Shown here: positions 19,280-28,575 of the stretch, piece by piece | Position numbering within the stretch: position 1 is the stretch's first letter | Layout: every line of letters begins with the position of its first letter | Assembly (NCBI GenBank): GCA_965248265.1 | Contig: CBDFJF010000001.1 | Coordinates: 2,144,001 to 2,208,000, forward strand | Length of the DNA: 64,000 bases | Reading direction: 5' to 3' | Source of the DNA: Candidatus Latescibacterota bacterium | GTDB lineage: Bacteria; Latescibacterota; UBA2968; UBA8231 | Notes under the pieces: model-generated | Told to the model about the DNA's origin: nothing | The model's input: the letters and a program-made list of their open reading frames with translations, nothing else | Database searches by the model: none | Program-made: the position numbers and the translations under genes

Positions 19280-21204
19280 GAGCGTTCTCCCAGATAAACG
19301 GGTCGACCACCGTAGAAATAGCGTTCGACCAGATCCTCCGGAGGAGGAGCCGCCTTCACCGTGGCCGCGTACGAGCCGATGAAAGAAGCCGCCAGACCGA
19401 TGATGATCGGATCCATGCCTGCCAGTCGCACCGGAGAAAAAAAGCTGCCGTTCACGAATACTCCAGCGGTGTACATCGAGACATGTGCCAGGAATCCGCA
19501 CGCCATGCCGGCCATGCACCCGGTCGTATTGGCTCTCGGCCAGTAGAGTGCGAACACGGTGGGCGCCAGAAAACAGGCGGCCAGACCGCTGCCGGTGTAG
19601 ACGATGATGTCCTGAAGAAACTGTGGTGGGTTCACCGCGCCCAGGACCGCACCTGCTCCCACGATCGCGGTGACGAGATAGCTGAGCCTGCGAATGCGGC
19701 GATCGTCGACCTGTGGATTGATGTTGCGCTGGTAGACGTCGCGCACCAGGGCAGAGGAGATCATCAGCAGAAAGCTATCGACCGTCGACATCACCGCCGC
19801 GAACGGCGCCGCCACCAACAGGCCGCCGAGCCAGGCCAGACCGGCATTCTCGGTGATGAAGACGACGATCGCCGGCATGATTCGATCCGGCTCCGTTTCC
19901 ATCCCGGGCAGCAGAATCCGCGCGCAGCAGAAGATGATGACGAGGGGAAAGTAGATCAGCGAGTAGTGGACGGTGACGGTGATGATCGACCATCGCAGGG
20001 TCCGTGTGTCCCGAAAGGCCATCAGGCGAACATAGTGAGACGGCTGTCCCGTACCCGCGATCGCCCACATGATGAAGAAGGACACCGCCAGACTCAGTGG
20101 CAGAAAACCTGCCGACGAAGAGGGACTAGGACCTGGCCCGCTGACGTAGGTGCCGGTCTGCCCGGCCCCGTAGGCATACGGTCCCGGAGAGAATTGTGTA
20201 AGGCTGGATCCTTTTGGCGTAGACCCTACGACCTGGTTTGCCAATACGCGATCGACGTCACCGGGCGTCATTATCTCCAGCAACTCGACCTCTGCCTCCT
20301 GCACGCCTGCCTCGAAAGTGGCAGTGCGAGCCACCTTGAACAAGCGCGGAGATCTTGTCTCCCCCTGCGATCCCAACGAGGAGCGGATCCAAGTACCTGC
20401 CTGGAATACGACCTCTTGATTGTGTGATCCATCAACCCTGACCGAGCCTACTCCCTTGAGCGGCGGGGTCATCTGCGCCATCTGTCGTGTCGCTGACTCC
20501 AGCCCACCGACCTGGTGCAGAGCCAGTGGCAGCAAGATGACAACCCCCGCGACCATGATGATACCCTGCATAACATCGGTCCAGACTACCGCATGAAAAC
20601 CTCCATAGGCTGTGTACACGACGACGACGATTCCGAAGGCCATCAAACACAGCAGATATTCGGGGTCGACGCCGTGTAGCAGCTCCCAACCACCGAAAAA
20701 CTCTCCCACTGCGGCGGCGCCCTGGTGAAACGCCGAGACACTGTCCAGCACCGTACGCAGAATCAAACTACCTGCCTTAAACTGGGCCACCAGATTGAAG
20801 CTCATGAAGAAGACGATCAGGGCCGTGGCAAGGATCCCGAAAGCGGGACTGGCAAAGCGGTCGCGAAACACGTCCGGCACGGTAATGGCTCCGGAGATCC
20901 GCGCCACCTGGTTCAAGCGCTTACCGAGGATTCCGATCATGCAGATGGGGACGACCATGTAGCTGCTGATCCACAGGGCCATGATCCAGCCGTGGGTGTA
21001 GATCTTGGCTGGGAATCCAGTGAAGCTGCCGCCTGAAGCGCTGGTTGCGGCGAAGGTCATGGCAAACGCCCACATGCCCAGACTGCGACTGCCGAGGAAG
21101 TACTCGCTCAGAAAACTGCGATGCCGCAGCAGCCGGTTCGCCAGCCATGCCAGAACCAGCACGCCGGCGATGTAGAGGGAAAAGGTGACCAGTGCCGGGC
21201 TCAT
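19276..21204 (-). CDS. Sodium:solute symporter (PanF/PutP-like) with soluble insertion
   Basis: EYFLGSRSLG, SGGSFTGFP, GGFHAVVWTDVMQG, AAVMSTVDSFLL. Confidence 0.92.
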   Translation of the reverse strand: MSPALVTFSLYIAGVLVLAWLANRLLRHRSFLSEYFLGSRSLGMWAFAMTFAATSASGGSFTGFPAKIYTHGWIMALWISSYMVVPICMIGILGKRLNQVARISGAITVPDVFRDRFASPAFGILATALIVFFMSFNLVAQFKAGSLILRTVLDSVSAFHQGAAAVGEFFGGWELLHGVDPEYLLCLMAFGIVVVVYTAYGGFHAVVWTDVMQGIIMVAGVVILLPLALHQVGGLESATRQMAQMTPPLKGVGSVRVDGSHNQEVVFQAGTWIRSSLGSQGETRSPRLFKVARTATFEAGVQEAEVELLEIMTPGDVDRVLANQVVGSTPKGSSLTQFSPGPYAYGAGQTGTYVSGPGPSPSSSAGFLPLSLAVSFFIMWAIAGTGQPSHYVRLMAFRDTRTLRWSIITVTVHYSLIYFPLVIIFCCARILLPGMETEPDRIMPAIVVFITENAGLAWLGGLLVAAPFAAVMSTVDSFLLMISSALVRDVYQRNINPQVDDRRIRRLSYLVTAIVGAGAVLGAVNPPQFLQDIIVYTGSGLAACFLAPTVFALYWPRANTTGCMAGMACGFLAHVSMYTAGVFVNGSFFSPVRLAGMDPIIIGLAASFIGSYAATVKAAPPPEDLVERYFYGGRPVYLGERS

Positions 21205-21500
21205 GACTGCGCGGAATTCCCCAGATCATCCTCCGCCATGTAGCGTAAGCAGAACACGATCGTGAAAACGTTGGCCAGTAACCACGGCACGACGATGCCA
21301 CCGAATACCCAGGCCGGAATACCGTAGACCAACGGTAGTTGATTCCCGTCGATATTGTATCCGGTTGCATAGCAATACGGAACCGCCCACAACAAGGCCG
21401 CGACCCAGACCAGAAAAATAATGATGGCCTCGCGGCGCGAGTGCAGGAAGACAGGATCAGGAGAATTGGATCTGGGAGAGTTGGATCTAATTGTCGGCAT
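21201..21500 (-). CDS. YhdT/DUF997-like small membrane partner of the SSS transporter
   Basis: SRREA, two TM helices, YGIPAW, acidic end EDDLG; coupled by ATGA overlap to the symporter as in yhdT-panF. Confidence 0.8.
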   Translation of the reverse strand: MPTIRSNSPRSNSPDPVFLHSRREAIIIFLVWVAALLWAVPYCYATGYNIDGNQLPLVYGIPAWVFGGIVVPWLLANVFTIVFCLRYMAEDDLGNSAQS

Positions 21501-21551
21501 GAATTGGACTCCAATGCGGTCGCTCCTCGACGCGCTTATCTTTGCAAACCA

Positions 21552-22136
21552 ATGAACCTGCGCCTGATTCCAACTCTGCGAGATATCGCCCTCGACGCCG
21601 GACTGCCCGGAGTTCTCGGCTTGTCCTTCGTCGACTCTGCCGGCATTCCCACGGGCGGCGGTCCTGACTTCGCCGTCGTCATTCTGAGCGGACTACAGCC
21701 TGAGTTCCTGCGGGTCGCCCTGTTCGTGGTGGCGGCCACACTCGGATCGACCGTCGGTTGTACTGCCCTCTACTTTTTCGGGCGCAAGGGCGGTGAACTG
21801 GCCCTGCGCCGCTTCGACATAACCCATCGAGACCGTGTCAGAGATCAGATCGACCGCAACGGCTTCGGCGCCATCTTCATTGCCGCGATGGGACCCCCGC
21901 CCTTTCCGACCAAACTCTTCGTCATCTCCGCCGGGGTATTCGGCATGCCATTGAGGACCCTGGTGGCCAGCATGATGGTGGGGCGCGCCCTGCGCTATTC
22001 GATCGCAGCGTACCTGGGCGTTGTGTTGGGCGAGCAAGCCATCGTCTTCCTGCACGATCACGCCCCCCACGGGTTGGTTGCCGTACTATTGCTGGCCGTG
22101 TTACTCGGACTCGTACAGCTGATTCGCAGACGTTAG
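21552..22136 (+). CDS. DedA/YqaA (VTT/SNARE-associated) membrane protein
   Basis: ATLGSTVG..LYFFGRKGG, PPPFPTKLFVISAG, GRALRY. Confidence 0.85.
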   Translation: MNLRLIPTLRDIALDAGLPGVLGLSFVDSAGIPTGGGPDFAVVILSGLQPEFLRVALFVVAATLGSTVGCTALYFFGRKGGELALRRFDITHRDRVRDQIDRNGFGAIFIAAMGPPPFPTKLFVISAGVFGMPLRTLVASMMVGRALRYSIAAYLGVVLGEQAIVFLHDHAPHGLVAVLLLAVLLGLVQLIRRR

Positions 22137-24547
22137 CTGCTGGGCGGGTTTTTCTCGCGGGCCTGCAGAATAGCGGGCAACAAGGCGACGGCGGCGATAA
22201 AACAGCTGGCCAGACCGATCAATGCCAGCAGCCCCATCGAGTTGAGCCCCGGGTGCCGCACCAGAACCAGACCGCTGAAGCCGGCCATCGTCGTCAGCGT
22301 CGTCGCTGCCACGGCTTTACCGGTCGTTCCCAGGACGAGCGAGAGAGAACCGCGTCCTTCTTCCCTGTACCGATGCAGGATGTGGACGGCATTGACTATA
22401 CCCATGCCGGCAATCGTCGGAAATACCACGATGTTGTAGAGATCGAAGCGCAAATCCCACCCATGCATGATTCCGGCAACCCATAACAGCGCCGCGGTTA
22501 GCGGTGCCATCACCAGGATGGCCTCGGAGAGCTTGCGAAAGTCGAGAAGGACTACCACGAAGACGATGAGAAACGTAATGGCCATCGCCACCCGGCTGTC
22601 GGCTTCAACGACCTGCAGGACATCGGCGAACACGACGTTCGAGCTGGAGGCGTAATAGCTAGCGCCCGAAGGCAGGTTGATCTTGCCGATCTCCTTGGCA
22701 AAGCGGATGGCGTTCAATCCATCGTGCAGGAGCACCGAAGCACTGATGGCGACGAAATTGAGGATCTTGCCTTCCTTGTTCGTAAACGGGGTCGTGATCC
22801 CTTCCGGCAGATCCGCCAGTTCAATGCGCTCGAGGTCCAGCAGGTCGCGTAGCGAATCGACCCGGGCACGCTGATCTTCTGGGATAACGTCGACGGCGTC
22901 TGTGTCGATGAGTTGTCGCAGTTCTCCGATGATCTGGAGTTTCTCTTCCTGATCGGAAGGGATAACGGAGTGGACACTGCGCACGGATTTGATCGTTGAG
23001 TTGGGATCGAGCTCGCGAATACGCTCCACTTCTGAGACGATTTCCAAAGCCTCTGCGGCGGTCGGCGTCAGTACGATGGCCGGCGAACTCTCCGCCCGCA
23101 TGCGATCGGGCAGGTTCGCCTCCAGACCGGCATTCGGCGGTTGATAGCGCAGTTTCTCGAAGTTGTACTCCACCTGGAGATCGGTGGCACCGTAGAGGGA
23201 GTAGGCCGTGACGAGAGCTCCAATCGCCAGTGTGAGACGCGGGATCGGATACGCCCGGCGTTTGGGCATGCCGACAGCCGCGCTGTGGCGCAACTCCATC
23301 AGCCCAAGTTTCTCCCCCATCACGATGAAGGCAGGGCACACGACGATGGTGGCGACCAAAGACAGCAGAATGCCGATGCTGGCGATGAATCCGAAGTCGG
23401 AGAACGCCTTGAAATCCATGATCATCAACGAAGAGAAGGCGACGGACGTGGTTACCGCCGTCGTCACCAGGGCTCGACCGGTCTGTGACAGTGTTTCGAG
23501 CAAAGCCTCCTCTGAACCCAGCTCCCGGCGACGCCTGGCTTCGCGATATCGGGCGAAGATGTGGATGCCGAAGTCGATCCCCAGCCCGAAGAGGACGGCA
23601 AACAGGATCATCGTCACCTGGTTCAACTCGCCGACGGCGACGTAGGCGACGCCGAAGGTCCATGACAGGCTCATGGCCAGAGGAAACACGATCACCAGTG
23701 GCGCCAGCACATGGCGGAAGTACACCATGATCAACAGCAGTACACCGGCGATACCGTAGATGGCAGTACGACGCGCATCCCCGATGGCCATGTTGTAGTC
23801 GTTGGCCTGGTTCGTGAAGCTGCCGGCCAGCCCCACCTCAACCCTGTCAGCTCGACCTGCAGTCCTTAGCTCATCGATCGTACCCTGGACACTGGTGAGC
23901 AATCGATTGGTGAATCCCATGTCCGCGAAGTCACCGGTCGGGTACAGGATCAGGATGATGCCGTCGCCCTTCTTCGTCAGGAAGAACTCATCATCCAGGC
24001 CGTTGTCGATTTCTCGGTCAGCGTACTTGCTCTCGATGTCAGACAGATCCAGGACCGTTTCCTCGTCGTCGAGCGAGAAGTACAACGGCGACTGCTCGAC
24101 CTTCTTTTGTTCGATGAATTCCTCCACCCGCTCCGAAACGGTTTGAAGGTCTTCGAGATCCATGTAGAGGAGACGGTTTTTGACGAAGAAATCGCGATCG
24201 GAACGCAAGCGCTGCCAACTCAGGTGGGGATTGCCTTCGAGCCGGGCGCTCAGCTCGATGCCGAACTGACGCGCGGCCTCGGGCTCGTCGGAGGTGATGA
24301 CGACCAGCAGGGGTCGGGTATGACCGACCTCCTCCTTGATCTGGTTAAGGGTCTGTACGCTGGGATAGTTCTCAGGCAGCAGCTCGGCCAGGTTGGTGTT
24401 GAGCGTCAGCCCCGTGGCCATGTAGCCGAAGAATCCCGACAGCAACGACGACAGTAGGACGATGCTGACGTAGTGGTTGTAGACGTAGTGAACGATGCGG
24501 CGGCAACCGGCGTCGGCCAGTCGTACCACGAACTCTTTGGGCGCCAT
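22133..24547 (-). CDS. MMPL/RND-superfamily transporter
   Basis: Two repeated halves, each with a periplasmic loop and TM bundle; GLGIDFGIH..RYRE and GMGIVNAVH..HRYRE. Confidence 0.9.
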   Translation of the reverse strand: MAPKEFVVRLADAGCRRIVHYVYNHYVSIVLLSSLLSGFFGYMATGLTLNTNLAELLPENYPSVQTLNQIKEEVGHTRPLLVVITSDEPEAARQFGIELSARLEGNPHLSWQRLRSDRDFFVKNRLLYMDLEDLQTVSERVEEFIEQKKVEQSPLYFSLDDEETVLDLSDIESKYADREIDNGLDDEFFLTKKGDGIILILYPTGDFADMGFTNRLLTSVQGTIDELRTAGRADRVEVGLAGSFTNQANDYNMAIGDARRTAIYGIAGVLLLIMVYFRHVLAPLVIVFPLAMSLSWTFGVAYVAVGELNQVTMILFAVLFGLGIDFGIHIFARYREARRRRELGSEEALLETLSQTGRALVTTAVTTSVAFSSLMIMDFKAFSDFGFIASIGILLSLVATIVVCPAFIVMGEKLGLMELRHSAAVGMPKRRAYPIPRLTLAIGALVTAYSLYGATDLQVEYNFEKLRYQPPNAGLEANLPDRMRAESSPAIVLTPTAAEALEIVSEVERIRELDPNSTIKSVRSVHSVIPSDQEEKLQIIGELRQLIDTDAVDVIPEDQRARVDSLRDLLDLERIELADLPEGITTPFTNKEGKILNFVAISASVLLHDGLNAIRFAKEIGKINLPSGASYYASSSNVVFADVLQVVEADSRVAMAITFLIVFVVVLLDFRKLSEAILVMAPLTAALLWVAGIMHGWDLRFDLYNIVVFPTIAGMGIVNAVHILHRYREEGRGSLSLVLGTTGKAVAATTLTTMAGFSGLVLVRHPGLNSMGLLALIGLASCFIAAVALLPAILQAREKNPPSS

Positions 24548-24686
24548 GCAAGCGTTTCATTCGGGAAACTGCATCAATACCGAACTTCTCGAGCCTTATA
24601 TAATAAGGAAAAAGCCTGGATCCGGACGTTTCCGGTCCCAGGCTTGGTGTGAGCTGTGTCTGAAGGCGCTTGTCGATCCCCGGCCC

Positions 24687-24751
24687 TCAATCCAGAATGA
24701 CAATAGACGGGCGGCAGACCGGTGGAAATCGGTCCGGCTACGAGCGTCTCA
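24687..24751 (-). pseudogene. Fossil duplicate 3' end of the upstream lipoprotein gene
   Basis: Encodes ETLVAGPISTGLPPV/IVILD* (with a frameshift), homologous to internal EHVAGPISTGLPPVSIAILGD at about 25281-25343. Confidence 0.75.
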
Positions 24752-25885
24752 ATCCATGTCGACGATCGTGTCAGTGTCCGTATCGATGACGACGATGTAG
24801 CTCGTGCCAGTCGGCGCAAAGAGCGGGTCATTCGTGTCCAGTCGCTGGACGAGCACGTAGATCCGCGATCCGATTCGAGCCATCTGCGTCATCTCGGGCA
24901 GACCGTCGGCGTCGGCGAAGCCGCTCAGATCTATCGTGCCCAACTCCACGCCGTTGCGCGGATCGACAATTACCAATTCGGCTCGTGCCAGGCGGGTGAC
25001 GTACGCTTTGTCGGCGCTGATGACTTCGATGTCCTGCGGATTGCTGCCGTTACCGACCGAGAACTGGATCAGCGGAGCAGTCAGGTTGCTCGCGTCCAGA
25101 ACCAGGATGTTGTCCGCGTTCAGGCGGTTGATGATATAGACCTTGCCGTCGAAGAACCGGACCACGGCATCGGAATGGATGGTGAGTAGATCCGTGTCCG
25201 CGGCATCGGCGTCCGGGGCAAGAAAAGCGGTGCTGCCCGTCGTGAAGTCACTGGTCGCCACGAAGATCCCCGACCCGGTGTCGCCGAGGATGGCGATGCT
25301 GACCGGGGGCAGGCCCGTGGAAATCGGTCCTGCCACGTGCTCCTGGGTGCCAGCGTCGAAGATCACCAGTCCGGCCCCTTGGGGCTGGGCAAAGGAACCG
25401 GGATCGGCCACGATCAAGCGGTCGCCGTCGACGGCCAGACTCTGCATGAATCCGGTAGACAGCCCCTCCAGCCGCGGCCCGACATCTCCGGTCGCCAGGT
25501 CGAAGGGGACGACATGGTTGGCGAAATTCTCATCCGAGATGATGGCGTAGCCATGGTCCTCGTCCGCCATCGCGATGGAGTTGACGTCGCCTCCCAGTGC
25601 CGTTTCCCCAATCACCACACCGCGACTGCTGATGCTGTTGCCATCAGCCGACTCCAACACCTCCAACCCACCGATGCGGTCACCGAATTCCGACACCTCC
25701 GAGACGATCAGCGTCGAGCCGACCGCCACGATCGCATTCGGATTAGATGCTGCCAACTCGACACCCAGCGCAGTGTCATCGCGGATCTGGTCCTCTGGGG
25801 GCGCGGTAGGCGAATCGGAGTCGCAGCGCACGGCCAACCCTGCGCCCAAAGCGCAGAGAACGAAGAGACTGTTGCGGGCTTTCAC
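24749..25885 (-). CDS. Putative beta-propeller (YncE/BtuG-like) lipoprotein of the cobalamin uptake operon
   Basis: GTG 25885 with GGGAGG SD, overlapping the receptor stop; signal ending LAVR-C; blade-like motifs NPQDIEVISADKAYVT and GKVYIINRL. Confidence 0.75.
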   Translation of the reverse strand: MKARNSLFVLCALGAGLAVRCDSDSPTAPPEDQIRDDTALGVELAASNPNAIVAVGSTLIVSEVSEFGDRIGGLEVLESADGNSISSRGVVIGETALGGDVNSIAMADEDHGYAIISDENFANHVVPFDLATGDVGPRLEGLSTGFMQSLAVDGDRLIVADPGSFAQPQGAGLVIFDAGTQEHVAGPISTGLPPVSIAILGDTGSGIFVATSDFTTGSTAFLAPDADAADTDLLTIHSDAVVRFFDGKVYIINRLNADNILVLDASNLTAPLIQFSVGNGSNPQDIEVISADKAYVTRLARAELVIVDPRNGVELGTIDLSGFADADGLPEMTQMARIGSRIYVLVQRLDTNDPLFAPTGTSYIVVIDTDTDTIVDMD

Positions 25886-28230
25886 GGATTTCCTCCCTTG
25901 GTTGTATGGTGTTTCCAGGGTGAGTGGTCGGCCTGGATCGAAACGAAGAAGGAGCGTCCCGGCAGAGGGAACCCCCACAGATCGGCTGTTTGGTTGTCGG
26001 TCAGGTTCCTGATTTCGAGCGACAGCAGCGTCCCCGCCGTCAATTCGACCCGAGCACCAACCCCATGCAGGGTTCGCTCCGGAATAGACCGCAGGTTGGC
26101 GCGGTCGAGGTAGTGCTTACTGTCACGGCTGACTTCGTAGTGGGATACCAAGCCTCGTTTTGTTGTTGCTGTGACGCGGGCGTTCAGTGCGTGTCGCGGA
26201 GCGTTCGGTAGATCATTTCCATTCTCATAGAAAAGGGGGGATCGATTCTCAGGACGCTGGTACACGTAGTTGCCGTTGACGTCGAGGGAGCGATGCAGCC
26301 GTACCCGGGCTCGCGTCTCGAGGCCAAGAACCCTGGCACTGCCGAAGTTGTGCGGCTGTGATACGAACTGGGAGTTTTGCACGAAGCGAATCATGTTGTC
26401 GACCCGATTCTGATACCACACGGCCTCGGCAAAGACGATTCCCGTGGACACGGCACGCCCGGCTTCGTAGATGAGTCCACTGTCCCAGTTCCAGCCCTCT
26501 TCGCTGGCAAGATCACCGTTGCCGATGACACCACCGCGGTCCCCGAACAACTCGAAGAAGCTGGGGGGACGCTGGTACAAACCGGCATGGACGCGCAGGC
26601 TGAGCCGTCGACTCAATTGCCAACGCCCGCCGGCGTGATAGCCCCACAGCCTCATGCTGTCGTCATTGCGCCCGTCGCTGGTCAGATCCTCGTCGGTGGT
26701 CGTCAGGCGATTGGAAAGCAACTCGGCGTGGGTGCCCGCATTCAACAGCACTCGATCAGCATGGAGGGGAATCTCCACTTCGGTTGCCAGCGACGCGGCA
26801 TGGCGGCGACTGTCCTCGAAAGGGTCATCCGTTCCCAGCAGATCATCGGTCGCGAAGGTCTCGCGGCGCAGGCCACTGAAACCGGTGAGCAGCGCCTTCA
26901 TGGGGAGTACTGTGTGCCCTTCGACCTTGAGGCCGAAGGAACGCGTCGTGTTGCGATCATGAGCCGCGCCCACGCCGACTTCGCCTTGCGGATCTTGGTA
27001 CTCCCCCACTTCGACCGCGTGATAGCCCGTCACGCGATAGGCGGAGTTGCCCTCCTGTGCGGTCCCGGAAAACTCCGCCTCGGTGAGGTTTCTCCAGGTG
27101 TCATAGCGCGTGCGCTTCGACTGGTAGTTGCCGATTCCGGGGATACCGTGGTGGCTGACGTCGATGATGTTGTGCAATCTGACCCTGCGTAAACCAATTG
27201 GTCGCGACACCTTTGTCAGCCCCCGGAACGACAGGAAATCACTGTTCTCCCGGCGCACCCACTCGTCGTCGGTGAGGTTGTACTCGGTGCCGTTGTCGTC
27301 CAGGAAACGGAAGTCATTCTCAGCGGCACGGTAGTCGACGAGGCCACTGAACTTCCAGAGTCCACTGGCGCCACTGACACTGCCCCCGGCAATTCGGGTC
27401 GCGAACGAGCCGCCGTTGGCGTAGAATCGAACCTGCTTCCCCTCGGGAGCCGCCGTGCGCATGTGGACGACCCCGCCGATGCTGTTGCCGCCAAAGCGGA
27501 TAGGGACCGCGCCGCGGTAAACCTCTATCTCCTCTACCCCGGCAAGCGGCAGATAGCCGATGTCGACACCACCCCCGGATGCCTGATTCAGCGGCACCCC
27601 GTCCAGGTACACCAGCACCTGTTCCGAGGTCGAGCCCCGAATCGACACGCTTGCAGAGCTGCCCAGACCACCGTAGCGCCTTACCTGCAGACCGAGAGCA
27701 CGGTCGAGGACGCCGGGCAGGTCCGCCCCCGAGCTCTCACTATCGGCCACCTTGATGACCTCGACAAAGCCGGCTTCGCGCCCTTCCTCGTAGCTTGACC
27801 GGCGCATCCGCACCACCATTTCATCCAGCAGCAGCGGCTGTGGTTCCAGGCGCAGGACGACAAGCTCGGTCATCCCCTTGCTATCAACGGTTATCTGTTG
27901 ATCGATTTGACGATAGCCGATGCAATGTGCCTGCAGGCGCCACTGCCCGGCGCTCAGGTCGAGATTGAAAGCTCCGGCGCTATCGGATTGAGTTTGGGTC
28001 GGGGATGGTTCGGAAGTACTGGAAAGGTCGATTCCTCGTGCCTGGATCACGGCGCCGGTGATGGGCGCGCCTGTGTCGCTGTCCAGGATGCGTCCGTGAA
28101 GAATCGATTGTGCTTCGATTACCGCGGCTGCTCCCAGTACCACAAGGGCAGCGGGCCATAGGGGGCGGGAAACGAAAAACCCCAGCCTCGAAAGAGGCCG
28201 GGGAAAACATTCCCGGAAACGGTTCATCAC
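25882..28230 (-). CDS. TonB-dependent receptor, BtuB-like, with N-terminal CarboxypepD_reg-like domain
   Basis: GRILDSDTGAPITGAVI; plug VSIRGSTSEQVLVYLDGVPLN, IEVYRG; C-terminal IRNLTD..GFPLPGRSFFVSI; lies downstream of a B12 riboswitch. Confidence 0.9.
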   Translation of the reverse strand: MMNRFRECFPRPLSRLGFFVSRPLWPAALVVLGAAAVIEAQSILHGRILDSDTGAPITGAVIQARGIDLSSTSEPSPTQTQSDSAGAFNLDLSAGQWRLQAHCIGYRQIDQQITVDSKGMTELVVLRLEPQPLLLDEMVVRMRRSSYEEGREAGFVEVIKVADSESSGADLPGVLDRALGLQVRRYGGLGSSASVSIRGSTSEQVLVYLDGVPLNQASGGGVDIGYLPLAGVEEIEVYRGAVPIRFGGNSIGGVVHMRTAAPEGKQVRFYANGGSFATRIAGGSVSGASGLWKFSGLVDYRAAENDFRFLDDNGTEYNLTDDEWVRRENSDFLSFRGLTKVSRPIGLRRVRLHNIIDVSHHGIPGIGNYQSKRTRYDTWRNLTEAEFSGTAQEGNSAYRVTGYHAVEVGEYQDPQGEVGVGAAHDRNTTRSFGLKVEGHTVLPMKALLTGFSGLRRETFATDDLLGTDDPFEDSRRHAASLATEVEIPLHADRVLLNAGTHAELLSNRLTTTDEDLTSDGRNDDSMRLWGYHAGGRWQLSRRLSLRVHAGLYQRPPSFFELFGDRGGVIGNGDLASEEGWNWDSGLIYEAGRAVSTGIVFAEAVWYQNRVDNMIRFVQNSQFVSQPHNFGSARVLGLETRARVRLHRSLDVNGNYVYQRPENRSPLFYENGNDLPNAPRHALNARVTATTKRGLVSHYEVSRDSKHYLDRANLRSIPERTLHGVGARVELTAGTLLSLEIRNLTDNQTADLWGFPLPGRSFFVSIQADHSPWKHHTTKGGNP
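28175..28203 (-). terminator. Intrinsic terminator in the riboswitch expression platform / first codons of the receptor ORF
   Basis: Minus strand CCCCGGCCTC-TTTC-GAGGCTGGGG-TTTTT. Confidence 0.7.
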
Positions 28231-28260
28231 CTTTCCTCCGAAGGTTCTGGATCCATCTCC

Positions 28261-28510
28261 GGCTCAGGCAGGTCTCCTGGCTTCCGGCTTTCACTCTGGC
28301 TCACCCTTCCCAATCCTTGCGGATCAGTGGGAGGAACTGGGCGTTACCCAGCTCTCAGAGCCAAAGAGATCGAACGTCACCTGTCAGGCGACGTTCAGCC
28401 GGTTACAGTGGCGGGACCGCGGCAGATTTTCACTGCCTTCCCTATTCTTCACAAGACTTGCTTTGCAGTGCGTCGCGCTGTGAAGCAAGTCTTCTGACAC
28501 CTGAACCGTA
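28261..28510 (-). ncRNA. Cobalamin (AdoCbl) riboswitch
   Basis: Minus strand AGGTG...AATAGGGAAGGCAGTGAAAATCTGCCGCGGTCCCGCCACTGTAA...CCACTG..TGGGAAGG...AAGCCAGGAGACCTGCC (B12 box). Confidence 0.95.
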
Positions 28511-28575
28511 TTGTGTATTACTGCTGCTCCCCAATAAGGACACTGGAACGCCGGCCGTCAAGTGCCTCGGGTAAA

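Noticed and set aside
24749-24751. TGA of the lipoprotein as a selenocysteine codon (selB is in the window)
   Set aside because: In-frame readthrough gives unrelated sequence (DARSRTDF...); the homologous remnant lies in a different frame. I found no other UGA-interrupted ORF, and no selA or tRNA-Sec, in the window.
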